Origin: Octopus bimaculoides
Taxonomy: Eukaryota
Length of the DNA stretch: 39,298 nucleotides
Direction: 5' to 3'
Assembly: GCF_001194135.2 (NCBI RefSeq)
Contig: NC_068982.1
Span: forward strand, 191,959,429-191,998,726
Numbering within the stretch: position 1 is the first letter of the stretch; every line of letters begins with the position of its first letter. Both the position numbers and the translations under genes were made by a program. The notes below the pieces were generated by a model that was not told where the DNA came from, searched no databases, and was given only the letters and a program-made list of their open reading frames with translations. Positions 21,364-33,900 of the stretch are shown here, piece after piece.

Positions 21364-21614
21364 CATATAGCTAAATATATTCATAAGATAAACAATTGTG
21401 TACAAGCATATATATATACACTTGCATTACCCACTTTTGTCTATCTTGCAGCCCCAAGGTTTTTTTTTTGTTGTATATGTATTATTATTTTTTTTTATTA
21501 TTATTGTCTTCATTTGGCCCTAAGCCTTTATTCTGTTTATCGTTTTGTCCCTTGTCCATCCACTAACAGTCTCGTCTTGAGCCCGTCTCATTTTATTTTT
21601 GTTCCCATTCCCAG

Positions 21615-21675
21615 CAAATTTCTTGCCACTGCCTCCAGACTGGAAGCAATCTTGGCTGAAATGGACGATAACTGA
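21615..21675 (+). CDS. Candidate terminal coding exon of an unidentified host gene
   Basis: Strong acceptor TTTTATTTTTGTTCCCATTCCCAG. Frame xKFLATASRLEAILAEMDDN* looks helical and is phase-compatible with 6624-6683. No homology recognised. Confidence 0.25.
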
Positions 21676-21771
21676 TGAGGGGTCAGTAACCTTCTGGGCT
21701 TTCTCTTCACCTGTGTATTTAGTATACGTTCATTTGTTTATTTACTACACATTTAAAATAATTATATATAT

Positions 21772-22530
21772 CATCATTATCGTCGTTTAACGTCCGCTTT
21801 CCATGCTGGCATGGGTTAGATGGTTTGACTGAGGACTGGCGAGCCAGAAGGCTACACCAGGCTCCAGTCTGATCTGACAAAAGTTTCTACAGCTGGATGC
21901 CCTTCCTAAGGCTAACCACTCCGAGGGTGTAGTGGGTCCTTTTACATGCCACTAGCACAAGGGCCAGTCAGGCAGTACTGGCAACGACCACTCTCAAAAG
22001 GTGTTTTTTACATGCTACCTGCATGGGAGCCAGTCCAGTGGCACTGGCAACAACCACGCTCGAATGTTGTTTTTCATGTATCACTGGCACATGTGCCAGT
22101 AAGGTGACGTTGACAACGATCACACTCAAATGGTGCTTTTTACATGCTACTGGCACGGGAGCCAGTCAGCGGCCCTGGCAACGATCTATATGTTTATGTA
22201 TGTCATTGTTATTGTTTAGCATCTGCTTTCCATGCTGGCATGGGTTGGATGGTTCGACTGGGGTCTGGGAAGCCAGGAGGCTGCACCAGGCTCCAGTCTG
22301 ATCTGGCAGTGTTTCTACAGCTGGATGCCCTTCCTAACGCCAACCACTCCGAGAGTGTAGTGGGTGCTTTTTATGTACCACTAGCATGGGAGTCAGTTAG
22401 AGAGCACTGGCATTGACCATGTTCTGATGGTGCTTTTTACATGCCACTAGTATGGGGAGCCAGTCAGGCGGCTGCTAGCCATGACTACAATTTCGATTTC
22501 ACCTGACTCAACATGTCTTCTCAAGCATAT
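21772..22530 (-). mobile_element. Two tandem RTE 3'-end copies (21772-22186 and ~22215-22530)
   Basis: Both carry the TTTCCATGCTGGCATGGGTT..GGATGCCCTTCCT core and different numbers of the ~66-bp units. Confidence 0.88.
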
Positions 22531-22579
22531 CATATTGAGAAGATATATATATAATGATGATGATGATGATGACTATCTA

Positions 22580-22627
<48 letters not shown>

Positions 22628-22744
22628 CAAATAATATACATAGAGCTTAGAAAATACAGAATACTAAAGAGAAAATGCATAGTTTTTAACTTGATAGCTC
22701 AAAATCTGTAATGTTCATAATTAGCAGCTGGAATGTGCAAAATG

Positions 22745-23570
22745 TTATGGATATGCAACCAGTAAATGACTGTGTAGATCTATTTTCATAAGACCCACTT
22801 CCTTCACCAGGAGACAGAATTGAGAATAGCAGTACAGGTAGCAGTGTGAGAGAGTTAAAGGCTGAAGGGGAGAAGAGAAAGGAAGGAGTAAAAGGTTAGG
22901 GGGTGGAGGGTGTAAGTGGCTTAGTAGGGAGTAGAGAAGTAGAGGAAGAGCAAGCAAAGATACAACATGGGGAGAGGGAGGAGGAGAGCATTAATCAGGG
23001 GAGAATTGAATAGCAATAGACTGGTTATAGAGAAAGACAGAAAGGATTAAGGAAAGAATACAAGGAATAAGGGTAGGGTAGCTGAGGAGGAAGATATGTT
23101 GAGATATGGAGAAAGGTACAAGGAAAACAGAGAGAAAGAGAAAGAATATGTCATAAGCATGACTAGATGATAAGTTAGGGCTTAATCATAATTAGGAGAA
23201 ATTAGAGGAACATTGTGTAATGGGCAAAAGTGGAATAGAATTTATGCTTACATGAAAAGATTATGTCAGATGACCTATTGAGTAATGAAGAGTTATGGTG
23301 GGGAAGGACAGCAAGTGACTCCCTAGAACACAATTTATAAACGTGACAGTTAGTATTGTATTGGGATGCCTTGCAAACAATGGACCAGGTTATGGTATAG
23401 CGTATATTCCTGGACTTGAAGTTGTGTATGTACGTAGCTAGGAAGGTAGAGAATCTAGAGGCTTGTTTTGGAAATGTGTTCATGTGTGTCTGGTGGTGAC
23501 ACTTGAAATCAACAGTGCTGCCAGCGTAGACTCTAGCCTGGTGGGAATGTGGTGTTATTACCTGGCATTT
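22745..23570 (-). mobile_element. Penelope-like element 3' fragment: GIY-YIG endonuclease and pyrimidine-rich pLTR-like region
   Basis: VVCKCQV..RVYAGSTVDFKCHHQTH..F..TFLATYIHNFK..ITWSIVCKASQY..KLCSRE..LLNRSSDIIFSCKHK matches the PLE GIY-YIG pattern. Confidence 0.82.
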
Positions 23571-23775
23571 ACATACTACATTATAGCTTCCTAACACCAA
23601 CCACTTTACAGTGTGGACTGGGTGCTTTGAAGTCGCACCTGCACTGACTGGGTCACGAAGTACTTGCAAGACGAAAAATTTCAAGAGGGGAGGAGGTGAT
23701 CTTATGTTGGATAATGAAAAGGTTATAGTGAGACAGAAATAGGTGTCTTGCTGTAGAGGAAGTACAAGGTTACTT

Positions 23776-23975
23776 TCTGTCAAAAGTATTGCTTATTTAC
23801 ATTGTTTTGAATTAATTATGCATTCTCTTGTAGCTTCAAGATATTAATGATGTCATAGTTTACTTTTAGAATGACATTGTAGGATGCATGTGAGAGGCCA
23901 AATCTGGCTGGTTTGAACATAAAATTGATAGAATATTTGGGCTGGGTATTGATGGTTTAAATGCTAAATGGTTAA
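23776..23975. mobile_element. MITE-like element ending ...ATGCTAAATGG-TTAA (piggyBac-like), left end lost
   Basis: TTAA-terminated right end. The internal sequence resembles an abundant octopus TTAACCCTTTAGCATT-bounded MITE recalled from memory and not verified. Confidence 0.45.
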
Positions 23976-25599
23976 ATGATGGTTAAAAGAGTTGTATGAA
24001 TGCAAGTGCCAAATGGGCAAAACACAAAAGAATCTGTTTTTCTGAAGAATAATTTTTATACTTATTTTCGCTTTAAATAAGTACAAAGACTATTATGATT
24101 GCACAATAAAATTAGCAATCTCATTATTAAAAAGTGTTATGAAATATTCACTTTCCTTTGTTCCATATCCATGTAAAATGTTCATAACATCTATTGATGA
24201 TGTCTGCTATTTAAGGATTAAAATCCAAACCAGGTTAGACAAGTTAGACAAGTTCTTCCAAATTTTTACCAAAGTCTTATTCTTCTTGGCAAGTTGGCAA
24301 GTGCAGATTTAATATTGTAAGATCATATATTCTGAATTATCCTAGTTCCACCCCTCATAGCTTCAGCATTTTCTTCATCCAATGCAGCCATTCCTTCTTC
24401 TAAAGAATTCCTAAACAACTTTCAGGCTGCAATTATTCTCATGAATCTCTGAAGATGTGTCAGAAGGTAAGTAGTGCCATTACACTTTTGCCATCTTACA
24501 TTACAATGAACAGGAACATTGCCAACCATTAGCAATCTCTCTACATAATTGCAACAAATCATCAGAATATTAAAATGTTCCAAGAATTAGAAAAAAAATA
24601 CCTGAAATAAGCCACTCATTCTTTCAACTGGAGTATTACTGGTGAATATTACTGGTAGCAGATGTATTTTGCAGGTGTATATCATAAATAACAGATTCAC
24701 AATATCTGTGAGGGTAAGAATGTTTCATTGATTTCCTCCCATTGTAAGCTTTATAAATTTTCTAAGTGGCTCAAGCTACAAAGTGTTTAAAGATTCACCC
24801 CATATTTCCTTATTTACAGTGCCAAGCCTTTTTCTAAAATGTTACGGCCACTCATCCCTTGTCGTCTCATTAAATCCTGTGCGTTTCCTAAGAGCTTCAT
24901 GCCTTCAATTTAAGATCTCGTCCATTAACACTACTGTTTCTTTGCTAAAATATATGGTTTCTCCTTTTTATTTTTGTCTCATTCAATTTCTCTGTTTTCT
25001 TCTATTCCTTACTTCAGAATTGCATTTTAAAGATATCTGTGGCAAGTTAAACTTTGCTTTACAAGTACCAGAAACAGTTTCTCGTTCATGTTGTAAATTC
25101 TATAAACACATAAGTTTTACAGGATATCTTTCAACTCTTCTGTCATTTTAGGCCATTTGGAAATCTAAGGATCACAGAATTTTAGGAGGATAAGTCTGTG
25201 ATTTAGTAATTACTGTAACAGTCTGTCTCCAACCTAACCACAGTGAGATTGTTTGAGTTGGACTCAGACTGAAAGTGAGTCTATACTCACACTACACAAA
25301 ACCAAAAACAATACGAAAGAACACTACCTTGTTTGCATGCATGCACAGACAAACACAGTATCACATACATGTGTGTGCATGCACACACATGCACACACAG
25401 ACATACACACACATACTCACACACACACATACACTCACACACTCACATATACACACTCTCCCTTTCTCTCACACTTACATGATCCATTTCTTACACATAT
25501 ATATTCACACTCTTACATCTGCCAGTAAATTGTTACACACCCACACTTGTAGTTCTACCAAATTCCACCATTTTCTCTGACAGTTTACAACTTTCTGCC

Positions 25600-25965
25600 A
25601 TGCGTAATACCTTCACTGTTCCAGTCTCGTTAGTGCAATTGTGGTTATTATTTAATTTTGACATCCCTCATTTAGAGGTAGCATTTATAAGTTTGTGCAA
25701 TCACCAATATTTTTATCGTGACACCATCACCAGGTGGGTTGCTAGCCAAGGCTCCAAGAATCCACACATACCCCCATCTACACTGTTTTTAGCGCCAGTC
25801 TTGTTCAATCTTTGTATTTGACATTTTCACTCCTGAGAATTTTGGTGCTGAGTGGCACAACCATCAGTGTTTTTATTGAGTCACCTTCTCTTGAGGGACC
25901 CCTCCTCCCATGAGACAGGTTTAACCCCACCAGACGCCAACCTGGTATTTCTAGGTCTTGGGATG
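25600..25965 (-). mobile_element. R4/Dong-type 5' UTR fragment
   Basis: Colinear with ~1960-2340, e.g. TTTTATCGTGACACCATCACCAGGTGGGTTGCTAGCCAAGGCTC and AACCTGGTATTTCTAGG. Confidence 0.8.
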
Positions 25966-26277
25966 GGCTTACAGGTACCACACTTTGCCAAATGCTGATT
26001 TGAAGGTAGTTGTGGTTAAGGGTCACCTTGTTCTTCTTACATTGTGATGCCACAACTGGATGCAGTTTGATGCCATACACCGGGTTATCATTAATATTAT
26101 TATGATTTGCTTGTATTGGTGGTGGTGGTCGTCGTCATCGTCGTGGTGGTGGTCGTGGTGGTGGTGGTGGTCGTGGTGGTAGCACTGTTGTAAGCTGTTG
26201 TTCTCTTTGACTATTTTTTGTTGTTGCAGTGGCTTTGTTACTATCATTGCTCTTTGGTCTCTGATTGTTTCTGTGTC

Positions 26278-26330
<53 letters not shown>

Positions 26331-26351
26331 ATTATTATTATTATTATTATT

Positions 26352-29137
26352 GCCGCCAGCCTGAGAAGTCATGCAAGTTGGAACTCCATAACTTGCAAGT
26401 GCTTAATCAAGTATTTTGGCTGGTTGCAGCCCCTTCATTCAAAGTTTTATTGAAGTATTGTCTGGATCATGGTGGTAACATTTTGGAATTGCACCCACCT
26501 TTGGGGGGTTTAATAATTGTTTTGCATTTTTGCATTTTTTTGTGAAGACAGGATTTTGTTCATTTTTCCAATTTTAAAAAATGTCGGATTACGAAAAAAT
26601 AGAAATAATCAACCAAGAGCAGCGTTCTGTAGAAACTCCAAAAACAGACGAAGGTGGAATCCATCTCTTTCCAAAGAGAAATATAATTTCCTCTTGTCGC
26701 TATGACAACAGTAACAAGTGCAAAAAGTAGCAGCAGCAACGATAATGACGACGATGACTACAACAGCAGCAACAATGTGAACAGCAGCAGCAGCACCATC
26801 ACAAACAGCAGAGACAACAACAATAACAGCAACTGTATCAACAACAATATGAATAAGGTCGAAAACAGAAAAATTAATATGAACAACAAGATTGAAAAGA
26901 ACAACAGCAATAACTGTGTGGAAAACACCACCACCACTACCACCACCACCACCACCACCACCAAAAACAACAGCATCTGCAGCAATAATAACACAATGAA
27001 AAGACTACAGGGACCGGCTTAGCGAACTAGTTAAATGGCAGTTGACAGGGGCAATTGTTAGCAACCAGTGGTGGATAGCCCTGAAGAGGGCGATTAGAGC
27101 AGAATCGATCGAGATTAACAAAGAGTTAATAATAGAAAGAAACAGATTAGAAGGAGAACTAGTTAGCCAACTAGAAGAGACAATTAGTAAAGGCACTGCA
27201 ACTGACGTGTTAGCAGCGAGAATGGCCCTTGACCATTTCTTTGAGGCAAAACACAAAGGTTGCTTTGTCAGAGCTAAGGTCCATGCACTAAAAACACGAA
27301 AGAACTAAAGCTGTCCACTGGGCTCGAATGGTGGAGATGCGACGTGGCAACAAAACGATAATTAGATCTTTGATGGGTCGGGACAGGCGTGTGCTACATG
27401 GTTCTGGCCAGATGTGTGTGGCTTTTCAGCAGCACTTCACACAGTTGTTGTTTGGAGGGGGCGATGAGTAAACAATGGTAGCAGGCTTTAATTCGTACCT
27501 AGATGGCCTGCTATGGCCCTCAGCAGCTAATGCGAGGTTCTGTGAAAAGCCGATAACAGCCACTGAAATACGAGAAGTGATGAGCTATTTACACAAGTCA
27601 CAAATCGCTAGGTTTAGATGGTCTGCCCTATGAATTCTGTATATTTATGCCAGATTTATTTGGTGACCTCTTGGCAGACGTTTACCGCAACTGGCAACAG
27701 AATGGAAGAATTCCCAGTGCTGTTAGTCGGGGTGTGGTGACACTGCTGAAGAAGGATACCAACAGTGGGGACATACTAGGGAATTTTTGGCCCATAACTC
27801 TGCCAAACAGAGTTTAAGATTTTGGCCAAAGTCAGACAGTTAATCTGCTGTCAGCTCCCTCTGAGTGGCAGCTTACACATACAGTGGCTTTTGATGCTTA
27901 GACATGCGCTCAAGTCGAGCCACCTGCAACAATTTCTAGAAGGGGAACGTGTGTGGGCTCCGTTTGTGAGGCATGTATTTCTGCAACTTGTCTCTTTAAC
28001 GGAGCTGCAGTCCTGGGTGAAGAATAGACCAAGACTGGGTGCCTGGCACTTAGAATGTCGTCAGGCACTCACTGTCCTCTACTGGTCAAGCAATAGGATT
28101 GGTGGATGTTCCACTTAAGCTATTTATAGAGGATTATTAGTTGGAAAGTGTGACATCCTGGGGGAGACTCTGGGTGTTGACAGATGAACTGACGAGTCTG
28201 TTCCAGAGTACTTTTCAATCAGGGATTATTATGGATAATTTCCAGGTGTCTTTGGGTTGGTAGTGCTACTGGAGGGCGGGGGGGGGGCGCTACTGGTTCG
28301 AGATGAACTCTACAGGCACGGATGTGTTCTCAGACAAGCTTGTCCAAGGTGCGTGCAGAGTGACAACACCATTCTGCATGCATTTGTTCAGTGTCCAGTA
28401 ATTGCTGACTTGTGCAGTTATATTGAACAGCTGCTGTTGCATGTGGGACAGATGCTTCTGTCGATGGGTCCATGGTGATGATTGCCCTACCACCTGGACA
28501 GGAAAGGCAGTTTTTCTTTGCCTGGTTGCTGTGGCAAAAGAGGTTGTCTATTGGATGAGGCTGAAAGGATTGAGGACAGAGACATTCCACTTTGGTAAAG
28601 CCCTCGTTGAATTTTCAAGTCTCACTTGAAAAAGGAAAGTGGGGGTGGAGAAGGAGGTGCTGTACTTGAGTGAATTTAATGCAAGCTTCTGCGAAAAGCC
28701 AATAATAGCCACTGAAATACAAGAGGCCATGAGTGATTGCACAAGTCACAGATCACTAGGTTTAGATGGTCTGCCATTGAAAATTGCAAAAATGGCATGA
28801 GGGGACAGTACCACTCTCAGTGTAGACCTGTGAGTCAGAGGAAAGGAGTTGCAAAAGGTATTTGTCCATAGTACTGAGGGTGATCTGGGATGATGGAGTT
28901 TCTCAATCATCCCCTGGAAGTCTTCCTGTATCAGGAGGACCCCCCCCCATCACAATTTTTTTTTTACATATTGCTGTATACTATGTACTCTTCACTTCTT
29001 TTAATATATACCATGTATACTCCTTCCTAACTTCATTCTTTTTCTTTTTAATAATTCCATTATATGTAAACCCCCACACTTTATGTCTGTCTTTGTATTG
29101 TACCCCTCATCCTTCACTCTGGTGGCAAATAAAAGAA
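26352..29137 (+). mobile_element. Tx1/L1-clade LINE with apparent 5' and 3' ends retained and large internal deletions
   Basis: A 5' UTR is followed by ATG at 26581 (MSDYEKIEIINQEQR), then an Asn/Thr-rich tract. ORF2 remnants are WWIALKRAIR, KPITATEIREVM, GLDGLPYEF-like, GVVTLLKKD..FWPITL and the CCHC knuckle CPRC..TILHAFVQC. The 3' UTR has AATAAA at 29128-29133 and (ATT)n follows. Confidence 0.85.
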
Positions 29138-29187
<50 letters not shown>

Positions 29188-29196
29188 CATTATCAT

Positions 29197-30010
29197 CGCC
29201 TTTGCACAGCTTCTAACCCTGGAGATGTACTACGGTGTCAGCTGTTCACTACCAGTGAACTAAGTAACACCTCTTATTTTTCGGGCACCATCCGGAGTAT
29301 TCGAGCGGTTCCAAGCAGTGCTGTTTTCTGCAAGTGCTCCACCCTTATTGCAGCCCCTATTTGTTCCACGTACTTATCGAGATTTTTACTCACTGTTCCA
29401 ACAATTACTGGTNNNNNNNNNNNNNNNNNNNNNNNNNNNNNNNNNNNNNNNNNNNNNNNNNNNNNNNNNNNNNNNNNNNNNNNNNNNNNNNNNNNNNNNN
29501 NNNNNNNNNNNNNNNNNNNNNNNNNNNNNNNNNNNNNNNNNNNNNNNNNNNNNNNNNNNNNNNNNNNNNNNNNNNNNNNNNNNNNNNNNNNNNNNNNNNN
29601 NNNNNNNNNNNNNNNNNNNNNNNNNNNNNNNNNNNNNNNNNNNNNNNNNNNNNNNNNNNNNNNNNNNNNNNNNNNNNNNNNNNNNNNNNNNNNNNNNNNN
29701 NNNNNNNNNNNNNNNNNNNNNNNNNNNNNNNNNNNNNNNNNNNNNNNNNNNNNNNNNNNNNNNNNNNNNNNNNNNNNNNNNNNNNNNNNNNNNNNNNNNN
29801 NNNNTTCTTTCTTCCTTATCGCATACCTTGTTCTCAGCTGGGCATGCTATGTCTATGATCCAGCATAGTTTGTTTTCTTTCTCAATTAAGACTATGTCCA
29901 GCTTCCTATTCTCAATCTCATGTTCGCACTGAATCATAAAATCCCATAGCATCTTTGCATTTTTGTTTTCGACGATGCCTTCAGGTTTGTGCTCTGTCAA
30001 GTCCGTACTT
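29197..30010 (-). mobile_element. 5'-truncated R4/Dong-type LINE (endonuclease domain) between two (TAA)n tracts; contains an N-gap
   Basis: EHKPEGIVENKNAKMLWDFMIQCEHEIENRKLDIVLIEKENKLCWIIDIACP...PVIVGTVSKNL..EHLQKTALLGTARILR. Tracts lie at 29138-29196 and 30011-30106. Confidence 0.88.
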
Positions 30011-30052
30011 GTTATTATTATTATTATGATTATTATTATGATTATTATTATG

Positions 30053-30106
<54 letters not shown>

Positions 30107-30314
30107 TAACTTGACCTGAATCAGATTAGAACTGTTAAAGGAAAAATACTTTGACATGATCTGTCTGAACTGCTAAAGTTGTTGGGTGAGTGAGGTGCAC
30201 GTGCCAGGCAGTGGATAGTCACTGCACTAAGGACATGTGCAGCCTAACAGTTGCACTTTTACTAATTTGGCCCAGTGATAAGTGTCATGACTACTGCTGC
30301 TATGTCTGGCTGAT

Positions 30315-33205
30315 TGTTGTTATATGTTTGTGTTGGGTGTGTCTCTGGTTGCACATTGTTATTGCGCCCACCTGTTGCTACTTCCTCTCATGTCATTGCC
30401 CTTCTTCGTCTTTTTCTTCCATTAATTTTGCTTTCTGTCTTTTTCTTCTTCTGCCTTTCTTTCTTCTTTCACCTTCTTCTGCCACTTTTCTATAAACTCC
30501 TTCTTTTCTCTTTCTCTCCCTCATTCCTCTCCACGTCTTCCTTAACAAGCACAGAATTCAGTTGCTGTCTTTTATATCCTAGACAAACGTTGAATATAGA
30601 ATTTAACGCAGCAGAGTTAAAATCAATGTATTCACACAACGTACTTCATGAGACTCCAAACACTCTCTTAACGACTCCCACTCACCTGTCGTCTCAACCA
30701 ATAAGCTACTCTTTATAATGTCCTCCTTTGAGATTGACTTCCATTGGAAGTTAATATTTTATTTTTATTTACACAGTCTTCTTTCATCACATCTCCCTTT
30801 TTGAGATTTTCCTCCTAGGGAAGTTTAATATTTCTTCTGTTTAAGCATTACTTCCAACCGTTCTGTTTGTTTCCTCTTTCTTGTGCTGCTATGCCCAGGT
30901 TCAATTTCTTATGGTGTTGGAACATCAAAGGTATCATAGAACACTTCCATGGGTATCGCTTTCCTTTTTTTCCGTATATCTATTTTTTAGTTGGTTTAAA
31001 TATCTTTTGTGTTCCCTTTTTTTGCCTCTTATATGTCATTTTGCCTATTTTTTTTGTTACTACTCTGTCTTCCCAACCTTGTTTTCCATATTCATATATC
31101 TTGAAAAAAGACCTTGTCACCAATATTAAAATGCTTTGTCATATTTTGAGTTTTTTCCCTATTTTCTTTTCTTACTGGTAGCAGTTTGTCGAAAATTGAC
31201 TTTATTTTACAAGCAAACATTAGTTTCGCAGGTGATTTGCCTGTAAAAGTGTTTGGGTCTAGTGTTTGCCTGTATAAACCCTCAAGTATTGTGTCAATGC
31301 TGCATCATTGACTAGCTTATTTCTTGATTTCTTTAATGCTCTTTTAAATGCTTCCAAGAGCCTTTCCGTTCGCCTGTTTGATCTTGGGTGATACAGAGGA
31401 GTAGTGATATGTTCAATTGAGTACATCTTGCAAACATTCTTAAATTCATTCGCCGTGAATTGTGTACCATTATTGGAGACTATGGTATCTAGGACACCAT
31501 ACCAAGCAAAACGTTTGTGTAGAAATTCCACTGTTACCATGGATGTCAGTTTTCTACATTTACACATTTCTGGCTATTTGGTAAAGCTATGTACCACTAT
31601 TAGATAATATGATTGGGTTAATGGTCCTGCGAAGTCTATGTGTAGTCTAGACCATGGAATATCGGCCATGGGCCAAGGTTGAAATTTTATGGGTGGTGAC
31701 TTTGCTGCAAGAGCGCAACCTCTGCAGGTTTTTACCCACTTCTCAATATCAAGATCCATTTTTGGCCAGTCAACATAATTCCTTGTGACTTCATCCTAGA
31801 AATTCCTGGATGTCCAGTGTTGAATTCCATTAACATTTGACCTTGTAGTGAGGTAGGCATTATGACCCTCTATGCATACATAAGCACATTATTACATATC
31901 GAATACAAATTTGAAACAGTGTTACATCCAGCCACACGTATTTTTTAAATTTTATTTCTTCTGATCTCACTATTTTTTTCATTTTTATGATAAACTCTTC
32001 CATCTCTGCCTTAATTTTTATTTCCTACAATGTGACACGCAATTCACAACATTGCACAATATATTTTTTATTTCATTTTCAGCTTTTAATGCCACTGTCA
32101 CTGAGTCTCCTAGTGGTTCACTGTATTTTGCTATTAACTTTGACAAACTATCTGCATGTCCCAATTTTTTCAATGGCAAATACTCCATAATTCAGTAGGA
32201 TCATTCCCCAGTGCTGCAATCTGTTGGCTGTATGAGTGGGGATACCCTTTTTTGATCTATAGATCAACAATAATGGGCGGTGGTCTGTCTGCAGACGGAA
32301 CCTTCTTCCATGTATAAATTTATGGAATTTTTTTTACTGCAAATATGATGACTAATGCCTCTTTATCTGTTTGACTTTAACTTTTTTCATTCAACAATAA
32401 TGAATGCAAAGCATGAGCTATTGCTTTCAAGAAACCATCTTCATATTTGTGTAAAATCACAGTTCCAATATCACTTTCACTAGCATCTGCTGCCACAACC
32501 ATTTCTAAATTCAGGTCAAAATGTGATAACGACAATTCCGATGTTAAGATGTTTTTAATTTCTTCAAAAGCTTTTTGGCATTTGTCTGACCAGTTCTATG
32601 TCTTTTTTTAACAAGTTATTCAGGGGTGCTCTTAAATTGTGCATATTTGGTATGTATACCTGGTAGTAATTTGCAAGCCCCAAAAATGCTTGTAACATTG
32701 TAATGTTTGTTGGGGGAGGCATATTTTTTATTGCACTCACCCTAGATGGGTCTGGTCTGCATCCATTTTCATCAGTAATCTGCCCTAGATATTTTATTCT
32801 TGGCATAAAATATTCACACTTTTCCTTTCTGAGCTTAAACCCATAAATCTTTTATCCTTTCGAAGACCTTTTTAACAGGCTCAGCATGCTGACCCCTAGG
32901 TTCACTGTTTATGAGTCTGTCATCAAGGTAAGCTATAGCAAAATCCAAAAATTTCCTCTGGACCTGGTAACGGCTAATTACATGACATCAAATATTTGTT
33001 TAATCCTGTTGATTAATGTTTGCTCTTCCCTTATTCATAAAAATAAACACAGTTATGTGTCAGCATTTATTTTAGTCTTTAGTTGTTTTAGTCAACAGTA
33101 GACATCATTGCTGTTCAGTTCCAGATTAAAACAGATTATACAGGCAAATTTAGAATCATAGTTATTCCAAGCGTGACCGTTAGATCCTATATCCTGTGTT
33201 TCTAG
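30315..33205 (-). mobile_element. Ty3/Gypsy (Mag/K02A2.6-like) element: decayed pol and 3' LTR
   Basis: AYLDD (RT), KYLGQI..RPDPSRVSAIKNMPPP..FLGLANYY, ADASESDIG (RNase H), CRGC..PWSRLHIDFAGP..IVSNNGTQF..YHPRSNRRTER (integrase). PPT AAAGGAGGA at 30729-30721. LTR ~30720-30315 ends ATAACAACA. Confidence 0.92.
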
Positions 33206-33544
33206 AGTGAAATTATCTTGTGTATCCTTCCCATTCTAAAATGGGAAGGTGATGGTGGTGGTTCTTGTTCTTGCTGTTTCACATTTTGGCACAAGATCAG
33301 CAATTCTGTCAGGAGAGCTGATTTCCTCAGCCCCAACTACTTCATCAAGTCTTATTTTATCAACTCTGAAAGAATGAAAGCAAATTTAACCATGGCAGAA
33401 TTTGAAACTAGAAAGTAAAGAACCAAGAGAAATATTGCAAGACATTTTTTCCAAAATCATTGAAACACTTGCACATCCCTTCATGTGTGTGTGTATAAAT
33501 ACATATAGCTAGAGATGCACCTATTCAAGTGCAGTTGTGGGGGT

Positions 33545-33581
<37 letters not shown>

Positions 33582-33591
33582 NNNNNNNNNN

Positions 33592-33900
33592 CCCTTCTAT
33601 CAATGTTCACAGAACACCTCAGTACAACAAAGAATGAATAAAGAGGCAACTTTCATCAATAAATATCTTCCACAACTAAATATGAACACATAACATAATA
33701 CAGAACACTACTAACCCTTCAATTAATACCACTAACCCCCATACATCCCATACACCATTCACATTACAGATCTATATCTACCCTAATTGCACCAAATCCA
33801 GAACTACTTACCTCCCTTATACATAATCTTTTTACTCAGGGACTAATAGACCTGACACCGTTCAGTAATCGGTGTGCATTCAAAGCAATGATTAGTAACT
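33592..33900 (+). mobile_element. Probable Penelope-like GIY-YIG C-terminal remnant and 3' region
   Basis: QRMNKEATFINKYLPQLN resembles the R..KE..FI.KY.P.LN end of PLE endonucleases. Confidence 0.5.

Noticed and set aside
21540-21712. Death-domain-like peptide LLTPHQLSSISAKIASSLEAVARNLLGM on the minus strand
   Set aside because: The acceptor is purine-rich and weak, the frame stops shortly afterwards, and the key Trp is missing. The plus-strand exon reading has better splice signals.
23202-23783. 193-aa ORF as a single gene
   Set aside because: It is a chance in-frame fusion of an RTE-related repeat (23571-23775) with a Penelope GIY-YIG remnant, and the catalytic motif is degenerate.
26702-27022. 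Asn/Thr-rich 106-aa ORF as a host gene
   Set aside because: It is a low-complexity tract inside the Tx1-like element's ORF1 region.
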